The notes under the pieces were generated by a model, which was not told where the DNA came from, ran no database searches, and saw only the letters and a list, made by a program, of their open reading frames with translations. A program made the translations under genes and the position numbers. This document shows, piece after piece, positions 26,762 through 35,761 of a DNA stretch of 64,000 bases. Within the stretch, counting starts at the first letter, position 1, and every line of letters begins with the position of its first letter. The DNA comes from Thermodesulfobacteriota bacterium (GTDB taxonomy: Bacteria; Desulfobacterota_D; UBA1144; Nemesobacterales; UBA2774), in NCBI GenBank assembly GCA_965223335.1, contig OZ244991.1, positions 576,001 through 640,000 of the forward strand. The letters run 5' to 3'.

Positions 26762-29680
26762 CTATGATGATAGTGCTTTGGAAACGGTCTCTTGTAGCTC
26801 GGTCAGAGAAAACGGTTTCTTTAAGTACGATTTAAAACCATAGCTTTTATAATCACTAACAACCGGACTCTTTGTATGTCCGCTTGTAATAATCGCTTTA
26901 ACCGACTGATTTACTTTGCGGATCTCGTCGAGCGTCCTTAAGGCACCCATTTCTCCTGGAATAGTGAGGTCCAGTATTACTAGGTTGTAGGGGGTTTCTT
27001 TTTGGTGGGCCTCGCTATATTTCTGGATTGCCTTTTGTTCATTCTCTACACAGTCAACGCTAAAACCACAAGCCTCTAGCATCCGTTCGAGTGTTTTTCT
27101 TATACCCTCTTCGTCGTCCATAACTAACACACTACCGGCAAACTCATACCTCTTTCCCGCCTCCTCGCGTGCTTCTAAGTGGTCTTTTTCTGATGAAGGC
27201 AGGTAAATCTCAAACTTGGTGCCCCGGTTTATTTCCGAATCTACAAAAATCCCCCCTCCATGTTTAGAAATAATAGAATACGAAGTCGCAAGCCCAAGCC
27301 CGCTGCCGCTCTCTTTAGTCGTAAAGAAGGGATCGAAAATCTTATCCAATACTTCGGGGGATATACCCTCTCCACTGTCTTCAAACACGAATTTTACATA
27401 CTCCCCGCCGCTTAGGTTAAGCTTATTGCCCTGATCCAACACATCTCTATCTATACCTACACGGATCAACCCTCCCCCGGGCATTGCCTGCTTTGCGTTT
27501 ATAACAAGATTATTTATGACCTGGTTTATCTGTCCTTCGTCTACATCGACATAATCCAAATCGTCCGTGAAGTCGTACTCGCACTTTATGTTAGACCCCC
27601 TAAGCGCAAACGATGTTGATTCCATGAGCAGTTCAGAAAGGGATATGGTCTGTTTTTTGAGCGAGCCCCCTTTAGCAAAGGTTCTAAGTTGATCTACAAG
27701 GTCCCCGGCACGCGATGAGGCGTTATGGGCCTGGGACAAAATATCCTTTATCCTCGGATCGTTGGTCTCTGCAAACATCTCAGCCAACGATATATTGCCC
27801 ATTATTATCGCAAGCAGGTTGTTGAAATCGTGCGCAATGCCCCCGGCAAGGACACCCAGGGATTCCAGTCGCTGAGATTTGCCCAACTCCTCCTCCATTT
27901 TCTTTTTGTCAGTAATATCGTGTGAGGTCACAACTGCGCGGATCTCGCCTTTAGCAGTGTTAAACGTCGAGCCCGAGCTATAGAGGGTCCTCCACTCGCC
28001 GTCTTTATTTTTATACCTGTGCTCAAGCCCCCCCGTGCCCAGCAACTCAATTGCCTGACTAAACTCCTTAATCGCAGGTGCCAGATCATCGGGATGTATG
28101 TTTTCAAAAATACTTTTCCCTATTAGATCTTCGGGCTTGTAGCCGAGAATCTTCTCAAAGTTGGGGCTAACGTATAAAAACTTGCCGTCAAAACTCGATT
28201 CAAATACGAGGTCGCTCGAATTATCGACCAAGCTTTTAAACCTCTCAATACTCTCGAGTAGGGCTTCTTCGTTCTCTTTTCGGGCTGTTATATCCTCTAC
28301 AACCCCCATCACAGTGTGCACATTGCCCTCGTTATCATAAATAGGCACACACTTTACTGACAACCAAACCTCAACAGAGCTTGTACTTGCCGTGTATATA
28401 GAATCGTGCTTAACAATCTCGCCCTGGAAAGCTCTTTTCACAACCGGCAGGAATGTCTTGTCATTTAGTTTGGTTAGATCCAACCCAATCACCTTCTCTG
28501 GCGTAGATTGGAAAATATCTACTAACATCGGGTTGCAGTGTGTTATAACAAAATCATGATTGATCAAACATATTCCATAGGGTGCTTGATCAAATAACAC
28601 CCTGTACCTTTCTTCCGATGTCTTGAGTGCTTTGGCACTCGTAGCTTTATCGATTACCGATCCCATGAGTCTCGCAAGGGCATCTAGAAAGCTTAATTCC
28701 TCTTGTTTGATACCCGACGTCGATTTAGATTGAATATGAATACATCCGATAGATACAGAATTAATAATAATCGGGGAGGTCGCGTAGCTCTTAACACCTA
28801 GTTTATGGGCTGCATTGCCCAAATACTTATCATCATTGGTATCGGTAACAAGGATAGATTCCTTGCTGTTTAAACATTGCCATGTCGCCCCTTTTGGCGA
28901 GGGGATCGAACTGAGCTGTTTAAGAAACCATTTGGGATAGCCTCTTGAGGCAATCATATCGGCACTGTCGTCGTTTAGTGTATATATAGAGACATAATCC
29001 ACTGCGTCTAATTTGTCATGAATAGCTTTAACCGCAGAGCTAAATATCTCATCCAAATCATCGGATTTATTAATCAGTAGTGCTATATCATTTATAATGG
29101 ATTCATAAAGATTTATTTTCTTTATGCTTTCCAGATTTGCCTGCAGCTCCAACTGAGCCTCCACCCTGGAGGTTATATCCCTCAGCACCACAAGCATCTG
29201 TCTCTCGATTAGCGGCAAGATGGTTGCTTCGAAAAACTTTCTTTGGTCCCTCGAAACAATTTCGTAGTCTAAGCTGTTAACTATCCGTCTTTCTAAAGTA
29301 TCATTTATAGCGGTCTTAAATTTTTTGTTTGTTTCTTTGTCCCAGACTTCGTAAAAACATTTATTTAAAAACTTGTCACGGATAATTAATCTGTCGTCCT
29401 CCATACACCCTTTGGCATCTAGCACTGTCCCTTTTTCGTCTATTACAAATATGGAATCGGGCAGTGCATGGAAAAGCGCACGGAGCTCTGAGTTTGCCTG
29501 CAGTAGTTCCTGAGAACTTATATCGAGCGAACGCTCGAGCATTTTCCTGTCTTCATCAAACTGCTTATATGCCTCGTTAATGGATTGGAGAAATCCCTCT
29601 AGTTCAGAGGCATCAACACCTTGGTTATCATCCAGATAACGTTTGATCTGTCGCTTTAGCAGACTATGAAGTTTGTCCAT
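26762..29680 (-). CDS. Hybrid histidine kinase PAS-GAF-PAS-PAS-HisKA-HATPase-REC
   Basis: N-terminal HSLLKRQ..ERSLDISSQEL leader; AGGIAHDFNN; FDPFFTTK; C-terminal receiver. Confidence 0.92.
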   Translation of the reverse strand: MDKLHSLLKRQIKRYLDDNQGVDASELEGFLQSINEAYKQFDEDRKMLERSLDISSQELLQANSELRALFHALPDSIFVIDEKGTVLDAKGCMEDDRLIIRDKFLNKCFYEVWDKETNKKFKTAINDTLERRIVNSLDYEIVSRDQRKFFEATILPLIERQMLVVLRDITSRVEAQLELQANLESIKKINLYESIINDIALLINKSDDLDEIFSSAVKAIHDKLDAVDYVSIYTLNDDSADMIASRGYPKWFLKQLSSIPSPKGATWQCLNSKESILVTDTNDDKYLGNAAHKLGVKSYATSPIIINSVSIGCIHIQSKSTSGIKQEELSFLDALARLMGSVIDKATSAKALKTSEERYRVLFDQAPYGICLINHDFVITHCNPMLVDIFQSTPEKVIGLDLTKLNDKTFLPVVKRAFQGEIVKHDSIYTASTSSVEVWLSVKCVPIYDNEGNVHTVMGVVEDITARKENEEALLESIERFKSLVDNSSDLVFESSFDGKFLYVSPNFEKILGYKPEDLIGKSIFENIHPDDLAPAIKEFSQAIELLGTGGLEHRYKNKDGEWRTLYSSGSTFNTAKGEIRAVVTSHDITDKKKMEEELGKSQRLESLGVLAGGIAHDFNNLLAIIMGNISLAEMFAETNDPRIKDILSQAHNASSRAGDLVDQLRTFAKGGSLKKQTISLSELLMESTSFALRGSNIKCEYDFTDDLDYVDVDEGQINQVINNLVINAKQAMPGGGLIRVGIDRDVLDQGNKLNLSGGEYVKFVFEDSGEGISPEVLDKIFDPFFTTKESGSGLGLATSYSIISKHGGGIFVDSEINRGTKFEIYLPSSEKDHLEAREEAGKRYEFAGSVLVMDDEEGIRKTLERMLEACGFSVDCVENEQKAIQKYSEAHQKETPYNLVILDLTIPGEMGALRTLDEIRKVNQSVKAIITSGHTKSPVVSDYKSYGFKSYLKKPFSLTELQETVSKALSS

Positions 29681-29698
29681 TGCAATTATTAGCGATGA

Positions 29699-30841
29699 TT
29701 ATACCTCGGAAAACGCTGTAATCGTCATGGTCTGGTTATGGAGTTCGCACACCGTTCTCTGTACTATAGGTGATATTTCTCCATAAGAGTAAAAACCTGT
29801 AAACACGGTATCAGCGCCAAAAATATCCCTAACCCCCTCTACCTCTTCTTCTATCCTCTGCTTTAAAATCATCTTTCTCCCTACGCAACTTATCAAAAGT
29901 GCAAGCTCGGGCTTAAATTCCGGGGAGTCAACAGCTAAACAGTTCTCTGCAGCACCCACGGCTCCATCAATCAGACGGTCAAAATTGGCTTTCATCAGAC
30001 GCACATACGACCCTTCTGGCATGTTCCCCGCAAACGTCATACTGCCATTAGACTCATCCACCCCCAATATTGTGCGCACAATTCCCTGATTGTCCTTATT
30101 GGTTCTAATGCTAAGCGGAAACAATAGCCCCGTGGCCGGAAGCCCCGAAGCGTGTTCACCCAAATAAGTCTTATACAGGTCGAGTGCAGGCTTACCATCG
30201 AGTTCATATAGGACATTGCTATCCGATTTAGTCACTAACCGCTCGGGCCCAAACGGGTCCCAGCCCCCAAGCGACGCATAACCAACGCGCAGACTTGGGC
30301 CGTAAAACCCTATTGCAGACACAATGTTACTGCCCACATTATTGCCCGATATCACCAGCGTCTCTTGGAACTGATCACCGTCACCCGACAAGCCCCCTGT
30401 AACATTCACACCGTCGGGCAAACTGCTTGTGAGCCCTCGCACCAGTTCGTCTCCGTTAATCTCTACCCCCTCAGAGATAACCAGTATATGCGCGAGCCCA
30501 TCGGTTGCCAGTTCCTTAGCCAGGTACTCACCGGCTTTAAAGCTCTCGGACTGGTCCTCGAGTTCATAGTGGACCTGTCTTAGCTCCGTATTCTCGAACT
30601 TAACGAGCGTCACATTAAACGAGTCGTCAACCACATTATCTCCATATATTTCACCCGCAGTTGAGCACCCAATAGCCGTTACCCCTTCTAGCCGGGATAA
30701 CAGTTCATCTACAAGCCCGGCTTCCTGGAGTATCTCCCTCGAAGAAAAAATCAGAGCCAGATCGTAGTTGAGTCCGTTATCGTAGGGGCTCTTAGACCCC
30801 CACTCTGTATCTTTATTCCACACAAATTGTTCAACTTTCAT
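29699..30841 (-). CDS. FIST N/FIST C domain protein (NosP-like)
   Basis: GCSTAGEI, GGLSGD, ELDGKPA, SCVGR, GFYSYGEI, LHNQT. Start 30841 (ATG) or 30859 (GTG). Confidence 0.9.
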   Translation of the reverse strand: MKVEQFVWNKDTEWGSKSPYDNGLNYDLALIFSSREILQEAGLVDELLSRLEGVTAIGCSTAGEIYGDNVVDDSFNVTLVKFENTELRQVHYELEDQSESFKAGEYLAKELATDGLAHILVISEGVEINGDELVRGLTSSLPDGVNVTGGLSGDGDQFQETLVISGNNVGSNIVSAIGFYGPSLRVGYASLGGWDPFGPERLVTKSDSNVLYELDGKPALDLYKTYLGEHASGLPATGLLFPLSIRTNKDNQGIVRTILGVDESNGSMTFAGNMPEGSYVRLMKANFDRLIDGAVGAAENCLAVDSPEFKPELALLISCVGRKMILKQRIEEEVEGVRDIFGADTVFTGFYSYGEISPIVQRTVCELHNQTMTITAFSEV

Positions 30842-31049
30842 AGTGTATATATTGTACACCCTCTAAAGTTAATAAAGAAGTATTTATAACATTCACAATT
30901 GCTAATTCAAGAGTGATTTAAAGTGTTAATCTATAAATTCAACCTATTGACTACAATCATAAATAGATTCAGCAGCTATATGTAGGAGATCATTTATGTA
31001 GTATTATCTCTTGTTGAAAAAACTCTCTTATACGCATGGGGACAACTAG

Positions 31050-31817
31050 TTGGTAAACCACTCGGACCGAGAAATTGAAAATATACTGGGCATAGATATT
31101 GGCGGTACGGGGATGAAGTCCTCCCCCGTAGATGTGCAAAACGGTACAGTGCTTGAGGAACCGCTCTATATTCATACACCCAAGCCACCCACTCCAAAAG
31201 CCATGCTTGGGGTCATAAAACAGATTGCCGACCACTGGGAGTGGCAAGGAAAAATCGGGTGCGGGTTCCCGGGGGTCTTGAAGGGCGGAATTGTGTTAAC
31301 GGCGGCGAATCTAGACGAAAGCTGGGTCGGTGTAAATATTGAGCGTGAGATAAAAGAACTAACATTCTGTGAAAACAGAGTGATCAACGACGCTGACTGT
31401 GCAGGCCTGGCAGAGATGAGGTTCGGTGCGGGGAAAGAGTACAATAAACACGCAGGAGGTGTGGTGCTAATGGTAACCCTGGGCACGGGTATCGGAACCG
31501 CACTATTTATCGATGGACACCTCGTGCACAATACTGAGTTCGGCCATATAGAGTTAGACGGAGTGGATGCGGAGACCAGGGCCGCCACAGTGCATATGGA
31601 AAGCGAGAATCTCAGCTGGGCCGAGTGGGCCGAGAGGGTTAATAGGTATCTGCACACTATGGAAAAACTCCTTTCCCCGGATGTATTCATTATTGGCGGC
31701 GGCGTTAGTGAAAGTGCTAACAAATTCTTTCCTTATTTAAGCGTTAAAACCCCTGTTATAAGCGCTAAAATGCATAACGAAGCGGGGATAATAGGGGCTG
31801 CGTTAGCAGTTGTTTAA
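31050..31817 (+). CDS. ppgK: Polyphosphate glucokinase (ROK family)
   Basis: GIDIGGTGMK, TPKPPTP, NDADCAG, LGTGIG, NTEFGH, W..W..RV..YL, NEAGIIGAA. Confidence 0.88.
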   Translation: MVNHSDREIENILGIDIGGTGMKSSPVDVQNGTVLEEPLYIHTPKPPTPKAMLGVIKQIADHWEWQGKIGCGFPGVLKGGIVLTAANLDESWVGVNIEREIKELTFCENRVINDADCAGLAEMRFGAGKEYNKHAGGVVLMVTLGTGIGTALFIDGHLVHNTEFGHIELDGVDAETRAATVHMESENLSWAEWAERVNRYLHTMEKLLSPDVFIIGGGVSESANKFFPYLSVKTPVISAKMHNEAGIIGAALAVV

Positions 31818-31834
31818 GAGCTTGTGCAATTTCC

Positions 31835-31864
31835 TTGACAACGGTTCGATTTGTATGTGATAAT
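31835..31864 (+). promoter_or_regulatory. sigma70 promoter for FAD oxidoreductase
   Basis: TTGACA-18 nt-GATAAT with TG extension. Confidence 0.55.
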
Positions 31865-31926
31865 CCCCAAAGACTAGGCTCTAAACTGCCCTAAAATAGT
31901 CTCATTTCATAAAGAGGTAATCTCTT

Positions 31927-33594
31927 TTGTCCCATGCAGAAGCTCTAAGGCAGATCATTAAAGGCGAAGTGAAAGACGATCCCGAGAGTCTTCATCATTA
32001 CAGCGGAGACGCAAGCGCATTTCGCATCACACCCCAAGTCGTCGCACTACCTAAGGACACCCAAGACATAATAAACCTTGTTAAGTATGTGATTGAGCAA
32101 AAAAGTAACGGCAACAAGGATATATCCTTAACACCTAGGTCCTGTGGCACGGATATGGCGGGAGGGGACCTAAACGAATCGATTATTGTTGATGTAAACG
32201 CTCATATGCATAACATATGTGGGCTCTCGGAAACCATGGCCAGGGTAGAGCCCGGCACCCCGTATCGTGATTTCGAGAAAGCAACTTTCAAAAAAGGGTG
32301 CATGCTGCCCAGCTACCCCGCCTCAAAGTCCATCGCATCGGTAGGGGGGATGGTAGCCAACAATTCGGGGGGCGAGAAATCGCTTAGATACGGCAAAACC
32401 GAGGACTATGTCGAGGAGCTAAAGGTAATACTTAGGGATGCCAACGAGTACACTTTCAAAAAGCTAAGCAGGCCCGAGCTCGACGAAAAGATGAAAATTG
32501 ACGGGCTAGAGGGAGAGATCTATAGAAGGGTTTTTCAACTCATAGACCAGAACTATGACCCTATCAAAAATGCAAAGCCCGATGTCTCCAAAAACTCCAC
32601 AGGATACTCGCTTTGGAACGTGTGGGACAGAGAAACAGGTACATTCGATCTAACGCAGCTCATTGTCGGTTCCCAGGGCACACTAGGCATAGTGACTGAG
32701 ATTAAGTTCCGGTTGGTACCCACAGAATCGGACTCAAAGATGTTTGTCATTTATATGCATAACCTGGATAAGCTCGGAGAGATTATTAACACAATTTTAG
32801 AGTACGAACCCACGTCCATTGAATCGTATGACGATAAGACCGTAGACCTAGCGGTGAGGTATTTCCCCGAGCTGGTCATGATCATCAGCAAAACCGAGAA
32901 TATTTTTAAACTGGCTTATGAGCTTGTACCCGACATGTGGATAGTCGCCACTCACGGATTACCAAAGATGGTGCTAATGGTGGAGTTCACGAGCAACTCG
33001 GTAGAGGAGATCGACAAAAAGATGGCAGAGCTTAAACAGGGCCTAAAGCAATACGACATTGGGGTACACGCCACCAAGAGCAAAGAGGAATCGGAAAAAT
33101 ACTGGACCATCCGAAGAGAAAGCTTCAACCTACTGCGCAAAAAAGTAAAAGGTAAACAGACCGTACCTTTTATTGACGATTTTATTGTAAAACCAGAGGT
33201 CATGCCCCAATTCCTAACAGATCTGCAAAAGATCTTCGATCAATACCCAGATGTGAGTTTCCCCGTCGCAGGCCATCCGGGCAACGGCAACTTCCACATC
33301 ATCCCGCTTATGGATATGACCGATGAGAAACAGAGGGCCATCATCCCCGAGCTTACCGAAAAGGTCTTTGATCTTGTGCTCAGGTACAAAGGGTCACTAA
33401 GCGCAGAACACAACGACGGGCTTATACGCGGGGCTTACCTAGAGAAAATGTATGGTGAGAAGGTGTTTAATTTATTCAAAGAGGTGAAAGAAATCTTCGA
33501 TCCGGATAAAATATTCAATCCGCACAAGAAAACCGACGCGACACTCGAATACTCGATGCAGTTTATTAAAAAAGACAATGAGCACAGTGTGTGA
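31927..33594 (+). CDS. FAD-linked 2-hydroxyacid oxidoreductase (GlcD/YdiJ N-terminal type)
   Basis: GTDMAGG, GGMVANNSGG, SLRYG, GSQGTLG, GHPGNGNFH, AEHNDG, FNPHK; no Fe-S domain. Confidence 0.85.
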   Translation: MSHAEALRQIIKGEVKDDPESLHHYSGDASAFRITPQVVALPKDTQDIINLVKYVIEQKSNGNKDISLTPRSCGTDMAGGDLNESIIVDVNAHMHNICGLSETMARVEPGTPYRDFEKATFKKGCMLPSYPASKSIASVGGMVANNSGGEKSLRYGKTEDYVEELKVILRDANEYTFKKLSRPELDEKMKIDGLEGEIYRRVFQLIDQNYDPIKNAKPDVSKNSTGYSLWNVWDRETGTFDLTQLIVGSQGTLGIVTEIKFRLVPTESDSKMFVIYMHNLDKLGEIINTILEYEPTSIESYDDKTVDLAVRYFPELVMIISKTENIFKLAYELVPDMWIVATHGLPKMVLMVEFTSNSVEEIDKKMAELKQGLKQYDIGVHATKSKEESEKYWTIRRESFNLLRKKVKGKQTVPFIDDFIVKPEVMPQFLTDLQKIFDQYPDVSFPVAGHPGNGNFHIIPLMDMTDEKQRAIIPELTEKVFDLVLRYKGSLSAEHNDGLIRGAYLEKMYGEKVFNLFKEVKEIFDPDKIFNPHKKTDATLEYSMQFIKKDNEHSV

Positions 33595-33614
33595 ATGGCA
33601 TCACGGAATAGCAC

Positions 33615-33623
33615 TGCTATAAT
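33615..33623 (+). promoter_or_regulatory. Extended -10 promoter of tkt operon
   Basis: TGCTATAAT; GAGGAG SD downstream before ATG 33662. Confidence 0.55.
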
Positions 33624-33661
33624 ATTAAGCTTATTTGCATATCAATCCGAGGAGTTAAAAG

Positions 33662-35716
33662 ATGGAGGCAAAATCCAAGAACGTTTACAGTAAGACAGAA
33701 GAGCTGATTATCAACACGATAAGGACGCTCTCAATGGACGCAGTACAAAAGGCCAATTCCGGTCATCCGGGTACTGCGATGGCGATGGCACCCGTAGCAT
33801 ACACCATGTGGGACAAGTTTATGAAGTTCAATCCCAAAAATCCCGATATGCCCAACAGGGACCGTTTTGTGCTCTCTGCGGGGCACGCTTCCATGCTGCT
33901 CTACAGCATCCTCCACATCACCGGATTCGACGTCACATTAAGCGATATAAAAACCTTCAGGCAACTGCACAGCAAGTGTGCGGGACACCCTGAATTCGGC
34001 CTTACCCCCGGTGTTGAAACCACCACCGGCCCACTGGGGCAGGGCGCTGCCACATCGGTCGGTATGGCAATTGCTGAGCGCTGGCTCGCGGACTATTTCA
34101 ACCGCCCGGGACACGAGATCATAGACTATAACGTATTTGCCATAGCCGGCGACGGCTGCATGATGGAAGGCATATCTGGCGAGGCTGCATCGCTGGCCGG
34201 TCACCTCGGGCTTAGCAACCTGGTCTGGATATACGACAACAATCATATCACCATAGAGGGCCACACAGCACTGGCCTTCACCGAAGACGTGGCAGCCAGG
34301 TTCATGGGCTATAACTGGCACGTCCAGAGAGTGGGTGACGCCAACGACCTCGAGATGCTTGAGGAGGCATTAGGGCGAGCGATAAAAGAAAAAGAAAGCC
34401 CGTCTTTAATCATTGTAGACAGTCACATAGGGTACGGCAGCCCCAACAAACAGGACACCTCTGCTGCTCATGGTGAGCCGCTCGGTGAGGAAGAGATTCG
34501 TAAAACAAAAATCAATTATGGTTGGCCTCCCAACAAAAAATTCTTTGTGCCCCCCGAGGTTAAAAAATACAGGACCCAGATTGTACAAAGAGGTAAGGTA
34601 TTTGAGCAGGAGTGGAACAAAAAGTTTAGGTCCTATAAACGGGAATACCCTGACCTGGCCAAAGAGTTTAAACTAATGCAAAACCACGAGATGCCTGAGG
34701 GCTGGGAAAAATGCATACCTACCTTCCCGACAGACCCGAAGGGCCCTGCTACAAGAACCGCCAATCACAAGATATTAAACTCGATCGCATCCAGTTATCC
34801 CTGGCTCCTGGGAGGTGCCGGAGACGTGGGCCCGTCCACTAAAACTTATATAGACAACGCCCGGAGTTTCGAAAGAGGAGTATACGGGGGTAGGAACTTT
34901 CATTTCGGGGTTAGAGAAAACGCTATGGCGGCTGTTGCAAACGGCATGGCGCTCAGCAAGCTAAGGCCCTACGCCGCGTGCTACTTCGTTTTCTCAGATT
35001 ATATGCGGGCACCGCTAAGGCTTTCTTGCCTCATGCAAAACCCAGTGATCTATATATTTACTCACGACAGCATCGGGCTTGGGGAAGACGGCCCTACACA
35101 CCAGCCCATCGAGCACCTCGCCGCACTCAGAGCAATGCCCAACCTAGACGTCATAAGACCCGCCGATGCCAACGAGCTTAGTGTGCTGTGGAAATACGTT
35201 ATGGAGGTTAAAAACCGTCCTGTTGCACTCATACTGACGCGCCAAAACATACCTACTATCGATCGATCCAAGTATCTGCCGGCCGAGGGTGCGCTTAAGG
35301 GTGCATACATACTCGCCGACTGCAAAGGCAAACCCGATGTCATACTTATAGGCACGGGGTCCGAGATCCACCTCTGCCTTGGGGCCTATGAAAAACTTAA
35401 AAAACAAAATGTGAAAGCCAGGGTAGTGAGCATGCCCTGCTGGACTTTGTTTGAGCTTCAAGACGAAGAATACACAGAGCAGGTGCTGCCGCGTAATGTG
35501 CGTGCACGTGTCGCGGTTGAGGCCGGCTCAACACATGGATGGGGTCGTTATGTGGGGCGCCGTCGTCTAGACGGTGGGGTTGTAGGAATGCATACATTCG
35601 GCGAATCCGCTCCTATTGCCGATCTCCTGCCCGCATTTGGCCTTACAATAGACGGTGTAGTCAAAGAGGCCAGGCTTGTTATGAACAGGGTTAACGGTAA
35701 GAAGCGCAGTAAGTAA
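33662..35716 (+). CDS. tkt: Transketolase
   Basis: SGHPG, GHPE, TTGPLGQG, GDGCMMEG, THDSIGLGEDGPTHQP. Confidence 0.97.
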   Translation: MEAKSKNVYSKTEELIINTIRTLSMDAVQKANSGHPGTAMAMAPVAYTMWDKFMKFNPKNPDMPNRDRFVLSAGHASMLLYSILHITGFDVTLSDIKTFRQLHSKCAGHPEFGLTPGVETTTGPLGQGAATSVGMAIAERWLADYFNRPGHEIIDYNVFAIAGDGCMMEGISGEAASLAGHLGLSNLVWIYDNNHITIEGHTALAFTEDVAARFMGYNWHVQRVGDANDLEMLEEALGRAIKEKESPSLIIVDSHIGYGSPNKQDTSAAHGEPLGEEEIRKTKINYGWPPNKKFFVPPEVKKYRTQIVQRGKVFEQEWNKKFRSYKREYPDLAKEFKLMQNHEMPEGWEKCIPTFPTDPKGPATRTANHKILNSIASSYPWLLGGAGDVGPSTKTYIDNARSFERGVYGGRNFHFGVRENAMAAVANGMALSKLRPYAACYFVFSDYMRAPLRLSCLMQNPVIYIFTHDSIGLGEDGPTHQPIEHLAALRAMPNLDVIRPADANELSVLWKYVMEVKNRPVALILTRQNIPTIDRSKYLPAEGALKGAYILADCKGKPDVILIGTGSEIHLCLGAYEKLKKQNVKARVVSMPCWTLFELQDEEYTEQVLPRNVRARVAVEAGSTHGWGRYVGRRRLDGGVVGMHTFGESAPIADLLPAFGLTIDGVVKEARLVMNRVNGKKRSK

Positions 35717-35761
35717 AGGGTCAATTAGTCTAAGAACAATTAAGTTACTAAGGAGGGTTCT

